Source: Anaerobutyricum sp.
Lineage (GTDB): Bacteria > Bacillota > Clostridia > Lachnospirales > Lachnospiraceae
NCBI GenBank assembly: GCA_045112755.1
Contig: JBGUIF010000095.1
Span: forward strand, 384 to 64,383
Length of the DNA: 64,000 nucleotides
Reading direction: 5' to 3'
The first letter of the stretch is position 1; each line of letters opens with the position of its first letter. The position numbers were made by a program, and so were the translations under genes. The notes below the pieces were generated by a model. That model was not told the DNA's origin and searched no databases. It was given only the letters and a program-made list of their open reading frames with translations. This document shows, in pieces, positions 9,174 through 17,903 of the stretch.

Positions 9174-9994
9174 AAGGCAATGGGCCACCTTCCTGTGGAT
9201 GTAAATGTGAGTACCGCCATGGCTGCCATATAAATGAAAATCAGTCCATAGGCGATGTAATCAATGCGTCCATAACATAAGGGGTGAAGTTTTGTCCTTC
9301 TCTTCCCTGCCGAATACCCCCTGGCTTCGAGAGCCATGGACAGGTCTGAGGCTCTTCTGATGGCAGATACAAAGAGGGGAACCAGCAGAGGGATCAGCTT
9401 TCTGGCCCTCACCAGAATATTTCCCGACTCGAAATCCGCCCCCCGGGACATCTGGGCATCCATGATACGATTGAGCTCTTCCGTGAGTATCGGGATAAAC
9501 TTCAGGGCAATGGCCATCATCAGAGCGAACTCGTGGACAGGCACTCTGAGATAAGTCAGAAAATGCAGCCCCTGCTCCAGCCCGTCGGTGAGCCTCCAGG
9601 GAGTCGTGGTAAATGTCATCAGGGAAGAACCCGCCACCAGATAAATCAGGCGCAGAGCAAGGAACACCGCCCTGACCACTCCCTCGGAACTGACGGCAAA
9701 GATTCCGGCCTGCCAGATGATATGTCCTTCAGTCCCAAAAAGGTTCATCAAAACCGAAAAAATGATAATGACCAGCATCGGTTTCACTCCTTTGAATATC
9801 AGGCGGAGCGGGACCTGGGACAGCAGAATCACTGCCAGCAGGCAAAGGGATGCCAGAGCCATACCAAAGAGACTCCTGGGGAAGAAAAGACTGATCACGA
9901 AAAGCAGGGTACCTGCCAGTTTGACTCTGGGATCCAGCCTGTGGATGACCGAGTCTGTCTGATAATACTGGCCGTAGGATATGTCTCTGATCAC
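9170..9994 (-). CDS. ecfT: ECF transporter transmembrane component EcfT
   Basis: 274-aa polytopic ORF with the ARG..F coupling-helix motif (SMALEARGY). Canonical position between ecfA and truA. Confidence 0.9.
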   Translation of the reverse strand: MIRDISYGQYYQTDSVIHRLDPRVKLAGTLLFVISLFFPRSLFGMALASLCLLAVILLSQVPLRLIFKGVKPMLVIIIFSVLMNLFGTEGHIIWQAGIFAVSSEGVVRAVFLALRLIYLVAGSSLMTFTTTPWRLTDGLEQGLHFLTYLRVPVHEFALMMAIALKFIPILTEELNRIMDAQMSRGADFESGNILVRARKLIPLLVPLFVSAIRRASDLSMALEARGYSAGKRRTKLHPLCYGRIDYIAYGLIFIYMAAMAVLTFTSTGRWPIAL

Positions 9995-11802
9995 AGCCTG
10001 CCGCCCCCTCTCTCCTGTATGTTTTCTTCTTCAGCCCCATCGGACGGATTCTCAGTTTTTCCTGCTCCCCTGCCGGCAGGCCCGTGGGGCATAAAGCGGC
10101 GGAGAAATTTCTCCATCTCAGGGAGATCCAGACCGGCTTTTTTCAGCAGGTCTGGCCTGTCAAAAATCTCTTCCGGAGTCCCATCCACCATGATGTACCC
10201 CTCTGCCATCACCAAGAGGCGGTCCGCATGGGCCGCCGCGTCGTCCATATTATGGCTTACCAGAATGATCGTCATCCCTTTTTCCTGATGGAGATGATGA
10301 AGCAGTTGGAAGATCCTCTCTTTTCCTGCCCAGTCAAGACCAGCAGCGGGCTCATCCAGAATCAGATACTCCGGCTCCATGGCAATCACTCCCGCCAGGG
10401 CAATCCTCCTCTTCTGCCCGCCAGACAGGGTCAGAGGACTGCTTTGCCACAGGGACCTGTCAATCCCCACAGCCTCCAGTGCAGCAGCGGCCCTGCTGAG
10501 ACAATCCTCGTCGCAGAACCCCATATTCCGCGGCCCAAAACAGACATCCTTCATGACGGTTTCCTCGAACAATTGGTTCTCCGGATACTGGAAACAATAG
10601 GCCACCTTTTGCCGGAGCATTTTCCGGGAGAAGCCTTTCTCCCAAATATCGTCCCCGTGGAAGATGACCTGGCCCTGATCAGGACAAAGAAGGCCGTTCA
10701 TGTGTTTTAAGAGGGTGGTTTTTCCCGACCCGCTTCTGCCCACAATCGCCAGAAACTCTTTCGGTCTGATCACGAGGCTGACATCCTGGATTGCCGGCCG
10801 GGCAGTCACCTTTCCCATACTTCTATAGCTATAGGTGACATGATTCAGGAAAAAACCTTCCGCCTCCAAAGCCGGCGCTTCATGATTACTATTATCTGTA
10901 TGGCGTCGGATCTGCTCTTTTATGGCTTCTCTGACTGCTGCCGTCTCCTCTGACTCTGCGGACATCCATGAAATAAAATCTTCCTCAGAATGCATTCCTT
11001 CCGGCAGAGGCAATCCCCGGTCTGAGAGCATCTTCCTGATGCGCCAGAAGCAGGGCAGTTCCTGGTCGGGGTTGTCAAAAAGATCGTATCTGACAAATAC
11101 TTCATCCGGTTTCCCTTGTCCCCTTATGCGGCCTTCTCCCATCACATAGAGATAATCCGCCGTTTTCACTTCTTCCGTATCGTGGGAAATGTAGATAATG
11201 GTAATTCCTTTATCGCGGTTCAGCTGCCAGACTGCCTCCAGGACTTCCCTGCGGCCCTCCGGATCAATCATGGCTGTAGGCTCATCCAGGATGATACACT
11301 CCGGCTCCATAGCCAGAACCCCGGCTATGGCCGTCTTTTGCTTCTGTCCTCCCGAGAGGGCAGAAGTACTTTTATAACGATAGGCTTCCATACCGGTTAT
11401 CTTTAAAACCCTGTCGATCCTTGCGGCGATTTCCTCCGGTGGACAAGCCATGTTTTCCGGTCCGAAAGCCAGATCTTCCTCCACAGTCGTCCCGATAATC
11501 TGATTGTCCGGATTCTGGAAAACCATGGTCACAGTCTGCCTGATTTCTTCATAGTTTCCAGTATCGGCCGTCAGTCTTCCCTTAATCAGGATGGTTCCTT
11601 CCCAGGGAACCAGGAGCGCAGCCAGTTGTCTGGCCAGGGTTGATTTTCCGGACCCATTTGGTCCAAGAATCCCCACAAAATCTCCTTTTTTCACCGACAG
11701 GGAGACATCAGAAAGAGCCTGTCTCTCCTCAAAATCTTCCCTGTCCCCACGAAACAGTTTATATTTGTATAGTATATTTTTTACTTCTATAAAATGTTTC
11801 AT
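9991..11802 (-). CDS. ecfA: fused ECF transporter ATPase (EcfA1-EcfA2 in one 603-aa polypeptide)
   Basis: Two complete ABC cassettes: GPNGSGKST/LSGGQKQ/ILDEPT and GRSGSGKTT/LSGGQKR/ILDEPA. They are joined by a linker of about 35 aa with no stop or internal start. Confidence 0.9.
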   Translation of the reverse strand: MKHFIEVKNILYKYKLFRGDREDFEERQALSDVSLSVKKGDFVGILGPNGSGKSTLARQLAALLVPWEGTILIKGRLTADTGNYEEIRQTVTMVFQNPDNQIIGTTVEEDLAFGPENMACPPEEIAARIDRVLKITGMEAYRYKSTSALSGGQKQKTAIAGVLAMEPECIILDEPTAMIDPEGRREVLEAVWQLNRDKGITIIYISHDTEEVKTADYLYVMGEGRIRGQGKPDEVFVRYDLFDNPDQELPCFWRIRKMLSDRGLPLPEGMHSEEDFISWMSAESEETAAVREAIKEQIRRHTDNSNHEAPALEAEGFFLNHVTYSYRSMGKVTARPAIQDVSLVIRPKEFLAIVGRSGSGKTTLLKHMNGLLCPDQGQVIFHGDDIWEKGFSRKMLRQKVAYCFQYPENQLFEETVMKDVCFGPRNMGFCDEDCLSRAAAALEAVGIDRSLWQSSPLTLSGGQKRRIALAGVIAMEPEYLILDEPAAGLDWAGKERIFQLLHHLHQEKGMTIILVSHNMDDAAAHADRLLVMAEGYIMVDGTPEEIFDRPDLLKKAGLDLPEMEKFLRRFMPHGPAGRGAGKTENPSDGAEEENIQERGGGRL

Positions 11803-11872
11803 GAGCTGTTCCTTTCCCTGTTTGATCCGCTTCCCTCATCCCACGGAAGAACCCTGAGTTCCCATGAGATGA

Positions 11873-11900
11873 CAAAAGGGAGATTGCAAAACAATCTCCC
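11873..11900 (-). terminator. intrinsic terminator after rplQ
   Basis: On the minus strand, GGGAGATTG-loop-CAATCTCCC followed by TTTTG. Confidence 0.7.
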
Positions 11901-11948
11901 TGACATTCTCCATGACAAGAATCCCCTTGGGAATCCTTTTGTCTTTTC

Positions 11949-12485
11949 CTATACTAATTCAATAATCACTTCTAAAGCTGCGTCACCTTTACGCTGGCCA
12001 ATCTTGATAATTCTGGTGTAACCACCATTACGTCCAGCATATTTGGGGCCGTACTCATCAAAAATCTTCTGGGGAAGGTCAACCTTCTTTGTACCAGCCT
12101 TCTTGCCCTTAGCTTCGGCCGGAACCTCAGTTACAGGGTATAAGAACTTTAACATCTGACGTCTTGCGTGAAGTCTGGAGGGAAGATCCTTCTTGATCTC
12201 CTTCTCAACGGTATCGTAAACAGTCTTCTTCTTGCCGTCAACGACTTCCTTTACACGCTTACCATCTTTATCTTTTCTAGCAACTTTAGCCTCAACTTTG
12301 ACAACCTCAAAGTTATCTCTCTCTTTTACACCAAGAGCGATAAAGCCTTCTGCAATCTTACGGATTTCTTTAGCCTTAGCCTCTGTGGTACGGATCTTTC
12401 CGTGGTAGAGCAGCTGTGTAACCTGATTACGTAAGAGGGCTTTTCTCTGATTGGATGTTCTTCCTAATTTTCTGTACTTTGCCAT
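11949..12485 (-). CDS. rplQ: 50S ribosomal protein L17 (expanded, 178 aa)
   Basis: Conserved MAKYRKLGRTSNQRKALLRN... and ...GGYTRIIKIGQRKGDAALEVIIELV ends with Lys/Glu-rich internal expansions. Confidence 0.95.
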   Translation of the reverse strand: MAKYRKLGRTSNQRKALLRNQVTQLLYHGKIRTTEAKAKEIRKIAEGFIALGVKERDNFEVVKVEAKVARKDKDGKRVKEVVDGKKKTVYDTVEKEIKKDLPSRLHARRQMLKFLYPVTEVPAEAKGKKAGTKKVDLPQKIFDEYGPKYAGRNGGYTRIIKIGQRKGDAALEVIIELV

Positions 12486-12620
12486 GATTATGGACCTCCT
12501 TAATTATTTTTCGCCATGCCTACTTTCCCTTCAGCCTAGGCGGGTCATAGTGAATCTCAGTGCATTCCATCCGGCAGGGAAGCCGCAAAATTCTGCACTG
12601 AAGATGAAACAGGATCTGCC

Positions 12621-13580
12621 CTACTCCTCGCTGGAGTTGAGGGAGAGACCTAATTCTTTCAATTTGGACAATACCTCCTCGAGGGATTTCCGGCCGAGAT
12701 TACGTACCTTCATCATATCCTCAGGGGTCTTGTTGGTAAGTTCTTCCACGGTATTGATACCGGCTCTCTTCAGGCAGTTGTAGGAACGAACAGAGAGCTC
12801 CAGCTCGTCAATGTTCATCTCCAGAACCTTGTCCACTGGATCAGGGTTCGGCTCTACCATAACATCTACCTGTTTGGCATTCTCAGAGAGATCGATGAAA
12901 AGATTCAAATGTTCACTGAGAACCTTGGCGGCAAGACTTACAGCCTCGTCCGGCGCCAGTGTTCCATTGGTATATACATCAAGGGTCAGCTTATCAAAGT
13001 CAGTAATCTGACCGACACGAGTATTCTCTACCTGCAGATTCACACGCTCAACCGGTGTGAAAATGGAGTCCACAGGAATCACATCTATGGACTGATCCTC
13101 TGTCTTATTCTTGTCAGCTCCAACATAGCCGCGGCCTTTGCTGATGATCAGCTCTGCCTCAAAATGGCTGTCTGCGCCCCCGTTAAGGGTTGCAATGACC
13201 TGGTCCGGGTTGATAATTTCAATATCGCTGTCCACCTGAACGTCAGAGCCCTTGATGACACCTTCTCCGCTGTACTCAATGAAGGCTCTCTTGGATTCAT
13301 CGGAAGAACTGGTATTTTTAATGGCCAGTTCCTTAATGTTCATGATAATTTCAGTGACGTCTTCCTTCACGCCCGGAATAGAGCTGAACTCATGGAGCAC
13401 GCCTTTGATCTTAACGGCACTCACTGCAGCGCCCGGAAGGGAAGAAAGCATGATTCTTCTTAAGGAGTTACCTAAAGTTGTGCCGTAACCTCTCTCCAGG
13501 GGTTCCACCACAAAACGACCATATTTATTATCCTCAGATATTTCTGCTATTTCAATTCTTGGCTTCTCGAATTCAAACAC
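12621..13580 (-). CDS. rpoA: DNA-directed RNA polymerase subunit alpha
   Basis: 319 aa, [17 protein letters not shown] and C-terminal domain [15 protein letters not shown]. Confidence 0.97.
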   Translation of the reverse strand: MFEFEKPRIEIAEISEDNKYGRFVVEPLERGYGTTLGNSLRRIMLSSLPGAAVSAVKIKGVLHEFSSIPGVKEDVTEIIMNIKELAIKNTSSSDESKRAFIEYSGEGVIKGSDVQVDSDIEIINPDQVIATLNGGADSHFEAELIISKGRGYVGADKNKTEDQSIDVIPVDSIFTPVERVNLQVENTRVGQITDFDKLTLDVYTNGTLAPDEAVSLAAKVLSEHLNLFIDLSENAKQVDVMVEPNPDPVDKVLEMNIDELELSVRSYNCLKRAGINTVEELTNKTPEDMMKVRNLGRKSLEEVLSKLKELGLSLNSSEE

Positions 13581-13799
13581 GAATGGGACCTCCTTTTGGA
13601 ATACAATCGGACTTCCGTCCGATATAAACAGTTTCCATAATGACAGATTAAAGGGATGCTCAGCTCCTCATTTCATCAATGAGATGACATAAGCCTCCTG
13701 CTCATTCAATAGAACCACGCCCGCTTCCAAAAGAAACAAGCCTGAATTCGCAGGAGGCGAATTCGATTGAACATCCATTCAATCGGAAGAATCATATGA

Positions 13800-14393
13800 T
13801 TATTTAGAATATAACTCGACGATTAATGTCTCGTTAACCGGAACGTCAATCATCTCTCTGCTAGGAAGTTCCTTCACTGTTCCCTTGAACTCTTCGATAT
13901 CTGCTTCCATCCAGGACGGAACAAGCATGCCGGATGTAACCTCAGCGATATCTTTATATCTCTGCATGGTCTTCTTGTTTTCCTTCACCTCAATCACATC
14001 ACCGACATTCACTCTGTAGGAAGGAATGTTAACGCACTTGCCGTTAACGAGAATGTGCTTATGGCCGACAACCTGTCTTGCCTCTTTTCTTGTTCTGGCA
14101 AATCCCATGCGATATACGATATTATCTAATCTTGTCTCAAGAAGAACCATCAGGTTAGGACCTGTGAGGCCTTTCATACGCTCTGCCTTGGCATAGTAAT
14201 TTCTGAAAGGTTTCTCAAGTACGCCGTAGATAAATTTTGCTTTCTGTTTCTCACGCAGCTGCAGACCATACTCGCTGATCTTTCTGCTGGAACGGGTTAA
14301 TCTTCTGTTAGACTTTTTATTTACTCCCAGATATACAGGATCCAGGTCTAAGGATCTGCATCTCTTAAGGATTGGAGTTCTATCAATTGCCAT
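13800..14393 (-). CDS. rpsD: 30S ribosomal protein S4
   Basis: 197 aa, S4 domain, position in the alpha operon. Confidence 0.96.
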   Translation of the reverse strand: MAIDRTPILKRCRSLDLDPVYLGVNKKSNRRLTRSSRKISEYGLQLREKQKAKFIYGVLEKPFRNYYAKAERMKGLTGPNLMVLLETRLDNIVYRMGFARTRKEARQVVGHKHILVNGKCVNIPSYRVNVGDVIEVKENKKTMQRYKDIAEVTSGMLVPSWMEADIEEFKGTVKELPSREMIDVPVNETLIVELYSK

Positions 14394-14418
14394 TCTTACT
14401 TACCTCCTATCAGATCAA

Positions 14419-14814
14419 TCAGACTCTTCTTCTCTTTGGCGGGCGACATCCGTTGTGCGGTACCGGTGTAACATCCTTGATGCTTGTAACCTCAAGACCA
14501 CATGCCTGAAGTGCACGGATCGCTGCCTCACGACCTGAACCTGGTCCCTTAACCATAACTTCCACAGTCTTAAGACCATGGATGAGCGCTGCCTTGGCTG
14601 CTGTCTCAGCTGCCATCTGGGCTGCGTACGGTGTGGACTTCTTGGAGCCTCTGAAGCCCATCTCTCCTGCGCTTGCCCAGGAAAGAGCATTACCCTCAGA
14701 GTCAGTTAATGTTACAATTGTATTATTAAAAGATGCCTGGATGTGTGCCTGTCCGTTCTGGACATTCTTCTTCACACGCTTCTTTGTCACCTTTCTTGCT
14801 GTTCTCTTTGCCAT
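14419..14814 (-). CDS. rpsK: 30S ribosomal protein S11
   Basis: 131 aa, [18 protein letters not shown] motif. Confidence 0.97.
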   Translation of the reverse strand: MAKRTARKVTKKRVKKNVQNGQAHIQASFNNTIVTLTDSEGNALSWASAGEMGFRGSKKSTPYAAQMAAETAAKAALIHGLKTVEVMVKGPGSGREAAIRALQACGLEVTSIKDVTPVPHNGCRPPKRRRV

Positions 14815-14938
14815 TGATCAAAACCCTCCTGTAGGATCAATCTGTCTTGTTGACATTTCTTATGTGCCTGCCTGACGGAAAACCTGCCTCAAGGCAGTCT
14901 GAGCCCGCCGGCCGCACCTTCCATCAATATGCTATGAA

Positions 14939-15307
14939 TTATTTCTTCTTATTAGCAACTGTCTTTCTCGGACCCTTACGTGTTCTGGCGTTCGTCTTAG
15001 TCTTCTGTCCGCGAACCGGAAGTCCCTTTCTATGACGGATACCTCTGTAGCAGCCGATCTCCTGCAGACGCTTGATATTCATTGCGGTCTCACGACGGAG
15101 ATCACCTTCTACCATATAGTCTGTATTGATCACTTCGCTGATACGGCGAACCTCATCGTCAGTCAGGTCGCGCACGCGAGTGTCAGGATTAACATTTGCC
15201 GCTGCCAGAATCTTGTCTGCACTTGTTCTGCCAATACCGTAGATATAAGTCAGACCGATCTCTACACGCTTCTCTCTAGGTAAATCAACACCTGAAATAC
15301 GAGCCAT
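14939..15307 (-). CDS. rpsM: 30S ribosomal protein S13
   Basis: 122 aa, [14 protein letters not shown] start. Confidence 0.97.
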   Translation of the reverse strand: MARISGVDLPREKRVEIGLTYIYGIGRTSADKILAAANVNPDTRVRDLTDDEVRRISEVINTDYMVEGDLRRETAMNIKRLQEIGCYRGIRHRKGLPVRGQKTKTNARTRKGPRKTVANKKK

Positions 15308-15735
15308 TGTGCACCTCCACTAAATGTGATCCGAAAAATCCTCCGCTGCCGCGTACGGTGAAATGTCCAGCGGGTCTCCTCCGGATTGCTCTTTCTACTT
15401 CATAATAAACAGGCCGCTGTAACAGCCCAGGGAAGGACCTCTCTTCTCTTCTTTCGATCCGCTCCCGTGAGGTCTCTGCCGGCAAGGCCGGCTTTTCGAA
15501 TAATTCGACGGACATTACACCCGCCGCAGCCGCTTATCCTTTTTTCTGGACAATTCCGCTCACAACCTCAATGTCGAAATGTCCTGCTGCCATGACGGTG
15601 GCAGCCTTGATGACATCCGCATACACTAACTGTCTGCTTTTGATAGGTTCTGGTATCGAACCGACAGGATATCATACCAACTACACAACAAAAACCAGGC
15701 ATATCTCGCTTCCCCGACGATGTCGGATCCGTTCC

Positions 15736-15849
15736 TTATCCCTGTCTCTGTTTATGTTTTGGATTTTCGCAAATGATTCTGATTGAGCCCTTGCGCTTAA
15801 TGATTTTACATTTCTCGCAGATAGGCTTTACCGATGCTCTAACCTTCAC
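15736..15849 (-). CDS. rpmJ: 50S ribosomal protein L36
   Basis: Hand-translated 37-aa ORF (GTG start): [37 protein letters not shown]. Absent from the ORF track because it is shorter than 60 aa. Confidence 0.92.
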   Translation of the reverse strand: MKVRASVKPICEKCKIIKRKGSIRIICENPKHKQRQG

Positions 15850-15881
15850 GATAATCTCTCCTTTCCAAAACGCTAGGAATT

Positions 15882-15910
15882 ATTATAGCATTATAAGATA
15901 TGAAAAGCAA
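15882..15910 (-). promoter_or_regulatory. internal promoter upstream of rpmJ
   Basis: On the minus strand, TTGCTT, 17-nt spacer, TATAAT (a second TATAAT lies 8 nt upstream). Confidence 0.45.
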
Positions 15911-15990
15911 GCATGAAAATACCGAAAAAAGGCAGAGTAACCCCTGTCCCTATGGTCAATAATCACGAAGCTTTCTCTTTTACGGACCGT

Positions 15991-16209
15991 CTACTTGTCG
16001 CGCCAGATAATTCTGCCTTTTGTCAAATCGTAAGGAGAGAGCTCGATAGTCACTTTATCTCCCGGGAGAATCTTAATAAAATTCATGCGCAGCTTTCCGC
16101 TGATGTGGCCGAGAACCTGATGGCCGTTCTCCAGTTCCACTTTGAACATGGCGTTAGGAAGCTTCTCCACAACTCTTCCTTCTACTTCAATGACATCTGA
16201 TTTAGACAT
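15991..16209 (-). CDS. infA: translation initiation factor IF-1
   Basis: 72 aa, near-identical to the canonical IF-1 pattern (S1 domain). Confidence 0.97.
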   Translation of the reverse strand: MSKSDVIEVEGRVVEKLPNAMFKVELENGHQVLGHISGKLRMNFIKILPGDKVTIELSPYDLTKGRIIWRDK

Positions 16210-16230
16210 ACTAATTATTCCTCCTGCTTT

Positions 16231-16503
16231 TTAATCTTCGCGTTTTTCACGGGCTCTGATCTGCTGCCGGATCAGCTTGTCCGCCTCCCCTGATTCCACC
16301 AGGGACGTGAAAATATCCGCTGTCTTCTCAGAGCGTATCAACTGAACGTGTTTCTTATTTTTATACTTTGGGCGGCCCAAAGGCCTGCTGGTCCCATCGC
16401 ACAAAGCTACTCTGTCCTCCTCCTCGGAAACAATCATATATACTTTGTCTTTATCATGTCCACAAAGAGCCTTCGCAAAATAGCCTAATTTATATTCTAA
16501 CAT
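16231..16503 (-). CDS. KOW-domain RNA-binding protein (small conserved gene upstream of infA in Clostridia)
   Basis: Start set at the ATG at 16503, which is preceded by GGGAGA. GYFAKALCGHDKDKVYMIV KOW-like core. Confidence 0.75.
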   Translation of the reverse strand: MLEYKLGYFAKALCGHDKDKVYMIVSEEEDRVALCDGTSRPLGRPKYKNKKHVQLIRSEKTADIFTSLVESGEADKLIRQQIRAREKRED

Positions 16504-16567
16504 AAATTCTCCCTGATACAAGAAATTTTTTTACAGATTGGGAAATGCTGAGCAATTTCCTATAAAG

Positions 16568-16600
16568 CAAAAAACCCCCTGACCACAGCAGGGTCAGGGG
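16568..16600 (-). terminator. intrinsic terminator after adk
   Basis: On the minus strand, CCCCTGACC-loop-GGTCAGGGG followed by TTTTTTG. Confidence 0.8.
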
Positions 16601-16614
16601 TCAGACATATCCTA

Positions 16615-17259
16615 CTATTTTTCAAGTGCATTAACGATTGTGTTAAATACCACATTGATGTCCTGGGTACCGTCGACAGTGAGAAGCGCCTTCTTCTTTG
16701 CATAGTAGTCAATGAGAGGCTGAGTCTGTGCATGATATACTTCCAGTCTCTTCTTTACTGTCTCCGCCTTATCATCCTCGCGGAGGATCAGCTTCTCGCC
16801 GCAGACATCACATACATCCGGCTTCCTGGTCGGATTAAACTTGATGTGATAGGTGGCACCGCAGCCCACGCAGGCTCTTCTTCCGGACATCCTGTCTATG
16901 ATAGCCGCATCGGGAACATCCACGTTAACTGCAAAATCAATTTTTTCATTCTGATTATTCAGTGCGTAATCCAGCGCCTCTGCTTGAGGAATCGTTCTTG
17001 GGAAACCATCCAGGATAAAGCCTTTAAAGCAGTCCTGCTGCTTGATCCGGTCCACCACCAGGTCCACCACCAGCTCATCGGGAACCAGCTGTCCTGCGTC
17101 CATGTAACCCTTGGCCTTCTTGCCAAGCTCTGTCTTATTCTTGATATTTGCACGGAAGATATCTCCTGTGGAAATATGGGGAATATCATACTTTTCGGAA
17201 AGCATCTTTGCCTGTGTACCCTTCCCGGCTCCGGGAGCGCCCAACATTATAATTTTCAT
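16615..17259 (-). CDS. adk: adenylate kinase (Zn-lid type)
   Basis: [11 protein letters not shown]-loop and a CxxC...CxxC lid. Confidence 0.97.
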   Translation of the reverse strand: MKIIMLGAPGAGKGTQAKMLSEKYDIPHISTGDIFRANIKNKTELGKKAKGYMDAGQLVPDELVVDLVVDRIKQQDCFKGFILDGFPRTIPQAEALDYALNNQNEKIDFAVNVDVPDAAIIDRMSGRRACVGCGATYHIKFNPTRKPDVCDVCGEKLILREDDKAETVKKRLEVYHAQTQPLIDYYAKKKALLTVDGTQDINVVFNTIVNALEK

Positions 17260-17357
17260 TCTAATCTACCTCCTGATGAATCATATTGACAGCCGCTGCT
17301 CACAGCATCGGCTGCATTGAACAGGCTATGATCTGCCCGCCATAATACGCTACTCCT

Positions 17358-17386
17358 ATTTTACATTTTTTCATTATGAATGACAA
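17358..17386 (-). promoter_or_regulatory. dedicated promoter for adk
   Basis: On the minus strand, TTGTCA, 17-nt spacer, TAAAAT about 100 nt upstream of adk. Confidence 0.5.
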
Positions 17387-17414
17387 GCTTTTCTGTGGGA
17401 TTCCTCATGTAATT

Positions 17415-17441
17415 CAAAAGGGGCGGATATCCATCCGCCCC
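17415..17441 (-). terminator. intrinsic terminator ending the inserted oxidoreductase operon
   Basis: On the minus strand, GGGGCGGAT-loop-ATCCGCCCC followed by TTTTG. Confidence 0.8.
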
Positions 17442-17495
17442 AGTCTTAATCTGTAGTTTGATCAGACAGCCTATCGCTGTCCGCGCTTTTTGCTG

Positions 17496-17861
17496 TTATA
17501 CGGCAGCAACCTCCTTGGAGGCAACGATATCAACACCTGTGCCTGCAGCGTCAGCAACAACCACATCACCGATGTGAACCGGAGCCTTCACAACCACCGG
17601 CTTGATCTCATCGAGCACGTCAAAGATCTTACCCTTCGGCACGTCGTCTTTTGTCTTAACGGAGAGAACCGGAAGAACGCCGCCCTCAACCTTTACGATG
17701 GAAGTAACAACTCTGGTGGGGTTTGTCACTTCTTTTCTGGCATACTGGTCACCGCGGGGACATGTGTTGCCGGTTACATCTTTTACTTCACCATTCTCCA
17801 GCGTCACTGTAATCTGACAGCCCAGAGGACATCTGATACAGGTTAAATTTCTCTTTTCCAT
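17496..17861 (-). CDS. DUF1667-domain protein (third subunit of the GlpA-like oxidoreductase set)
   Basis: 121 aa, Cys motif CIRCPLGC...CPRG. Typical partner of the two upstream flavoproteins. Confidence 0.8.
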   Translation of the reverse strand: MEKRNLTCIRCPLGCQITVTLENGEVKDVTGNTCPRGDQYARKEVTNPTRVVTSIVKVEGGVLPVLSVKTKDDVPKGKIFDVLDEIKPVVVKAPVHIGDVVVADAAGTGVDIVASKEVAAV

Positions 17862-17903
17862 ATATTTAACATCTCCATTCTACCAATAATCTGGTTGTGA
17901 ATA

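Noticed and set aside
9533-10288. 251-aa plus-strand ORF overlapping ecfT/ecfA, with similar antisense ORFs at 19730-20566, 20845-21564, 35638-36423, 44280-44918 and 12909-13463
   Set aside because: All are antisense to confidently identified genes, lack RBSs and have biased, motif-free translations.
11914-11926. 13-mer GACAAGAATCCCC shared with the stem of the repeat module at 52541-52596
   Set aside because: The surrounding sequence does not align with the module and does not form the corresponding hairpin. The match is probably chance or a very degraded relic.
15285-15595. 76-aa and 69-aa ORFs in the rpmJ-rpsM spacer
   Set aside because: They have no RBS, they overlap each other on opposite strands, and one runs into rpsM. 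Their composition looks like structured RNA rather than coding sequence.
15640-15690. tRNA-like motifs (AGTTGGTA and GGTTCGATACC on the minus strand)
   Set aside because: The two motifs are only about 20 nt apart, no acceptor or anticodon stems can be drawn, and the region folds as a simple TGGTAT/ATACCA hairpin instead.
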